A stretch of DNA of 63,084 nt, filler included, from Octopus bimaculoides (lineage: Eukaryota), in assembly GCF_001194135.2 (NCBI RefSeq). It is 4 parts of 3 records of this genome, joined end to end, with 100 filler letters (N's around TTAATTAATTAA, not from the genome) between each part and the next. Parts side by side here need not be neighbours in the genome. Positions count along the whole stretch, not along the records: positions 48,269 to 63,084 come from NC_068982.1; 3 more parts are not named here. One strand, written 5' to 3'. The position numbers were made by a program, and so were the translations under genes. Each line of letters opens with the position of its first letter. Positions within the stretch are counted from its first letter, which is position 1. The notes under the pieces were generated by a model. That model searched no databases, was not told the origin of the DNA, and worked only from the letters and a program-made list of their open reading frames with translations. Positions 61,191-63,084 of the stretch are shown one piece after another.

Positions 61191-63005
61191 NNNNNNNNNN
61201 NNNNNNNNNNNNNNNNNNNNNNNNNNNNNNNNNNNNNNNNNNNNNNNNNNNNNNNNNNNNNNNNNNNNNNNNNNNNNNNNNNNNNNNNNNNNNNNNNNNN
61301 NNNNNNNNNNNNNNNNNNNNNNNNNNNNNNNNNNNNNNNNNNNNNNNNNNNNNNNNNNNNNNNNNNNNNNNNNNNNNNNNNNNNNNNNNNNNNNNNNNNN
61401 NNNNNNNNNNNATATATATATATATATATATATATATAGTTGAGATTTTATCAAGTAGCAGCTGTAATAAAAGCCATATAAGTAACAGTTAATACAAATA
61501 TATAATTATGTTAATATAATTATAATAAGGGTACTAGTAAGTAGCACCACATGCTAGAAATAGACGCTAAATGGCTCTGAAAACTACATTACGTACTCCA
61601 TTAGCGTGGGTTGAAAGCGTGGAAAGTGAACACAGATTTTGTTGAAAAAAGGGTTGACTATAGATCGATTTCTACCTTAGAGATATAATATCCCTTTGCT
61701 GTCATGAGTATAGCATAACACATTCTACATAAATGCTAATATTTATACATACCCATACGGATTACACGTATCCTGAGTCTGACCCTTTGAACATTGAAAT
61801 CTTATAAAATTCGGCAGTTCCATTCCAGCACATGTTACTTGCCCACCTTACATAACAGACTTTTATATTTTTTTGTGAACAAATGTTTATGTACCGGCAT
61901 TATTCTGCATAATGATACTCCATTTTGTCTAAAGCAATTTTCCACAAATTTTGTGAAATGCAAACGAAGCGAATGCTCTGAGTACGTGTGTTGTTGCATT
62001 TTTTTATAGACTTCATTTCGAATCAGTAAATATCATCTACCTCCTTAGTGCATTTAGCAGATTCTACCCTGTTGCATGATAATTAGAACTAGATTTCCGA
62101 CCTTTAGGTAACCTTTTCCTTTCTTTCGCCTATGAGGTCAAACCTCAGCGCTTCCTCCTGTAACTAGCCCATAAAATAAACTAAATTTTATTAAAATAGT
62201 AAAATTTAAAATAAAATGAAATTATTGTGCTGTACCGATTCCTTCCATGATCATTAGGAATATCAAATTCACAGTATGGCGCCTATTGAAAAGTGGTGGT
62301 TAATGCGGAAGCCATAGAATATTTCTTATGAAAGGTAAAACTGGCGGAACTAAAACACTTACCATTACATATTCCATAGTAGATCACATTTTAATTAGAC
62401 ATGCACACACTATCACACACACATACACACAGAGGCACACACACGCGCGCAGATATAAAGAACAGGTAACAAAGTTAAGTTGAACTAGTTGTACGTATTG
62501 ACAGTGACAGGAAATTAAGCCATTTGAGAAAGTATTTTCGAAGTCGTCTTCTTGAAGAAATAATACAAACTACAGACATCGCAATTTGCGATCCGATTAC
62601 CCTTTCACCAGGCACAAAATATTTCGAATATCATCACGTTGTAAGCAATGAGTGTCGGTTCTATGTATACGTAACTAAGTGAGTGTATGTTTGAGGAAGT
62701 AAACCGATGTGTAACTTCAACAATCAAAACTTTAAAGTACAAAATATCATAGAAGAATATTCAATTCATCTTGAAGCTAATAACGTGCGAATGCCTCAAA
62801 AACCGATTCATTACCTAAATTATAAGTCTTTTCATGTCTTGTCCAAAGACATAGTTAACGCATGTGCTGCAAAACTAATATGTGCGCTAGTAAACTCTTC
62901 ATCTAACCCCCTCCTCCTGTCTCTCTCCCCCACCCTCCCTCCTACCACCCATCTCTCTCCCTTCCCCACCTCCCCTCCTGCTCCGACTCCTACTTCTTTG
63001 TACGT

Positions 63006-63084
63006 CTCTTCACCTCTCTTCACTCCTACTTCTATTCACTTCTCTTCATTCCTACTTCTCTTCACTCCTACTTCTCTTCACTCC
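63006..63084. repeat. pyrimidine-rich ~16-bp minisatellite (CTCTTCACTCCTACTT), runs off the window end
   Basis: About 5 degenerate units. Confidence 0.85.

Noticed and set aside
788-61492. Long ORFs spanning N runs
   Set aside because: Open only because N translates as X; flanks are microsatellite.

Overview
Eukaryotic, AT-rich, draft-assembly DNA: roughly 7.5 kb of N gaps, dense (CA)n/(TA)n/(TATC)n/(TACA)n/(AAT)n microsatellites and many nested transposons. The SINE types and microsatellite load resemble a coleoid cephalopod (Octopus-like) genome; this is inference from recalled repeat families, not a search. Most of the window is repeat: three tRNA-derived SINE families, mariner, Tigger-like, Chapaev3-like, hAT, Kolobok-like and Mutator-like elements, three CR1/L2-type LINE fragments and a decayed Penelope-like fragment. 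Nearly all short ORFs in the track are microsatellite, gap or SINE artefacts. Two things stand out. (1) An uninterrupted 849-codon minus-strand ORF (50234-52783) made of about 100 degenerate octapeptide units (consensus I-S-K-A-V-T-x-E). The amino-acid motif is kept while codons diverge, and there is an upstream splice acceptor and apparently decayed units on both flanks. I recognise no family for it. (2) Type-I hammerhead ribozyme motifs absent from the ORF track: an apparently intact one with a long helix-II extension (58786-58914, minus), a second of the same architecture with different stems (24540-24650, minus), and a minimal variant (46154-46190, plus). Three N44-TTAATTAATTAA-N44 blocks are synthetic six-frame-stop joins, so contiguity across them is not assured.
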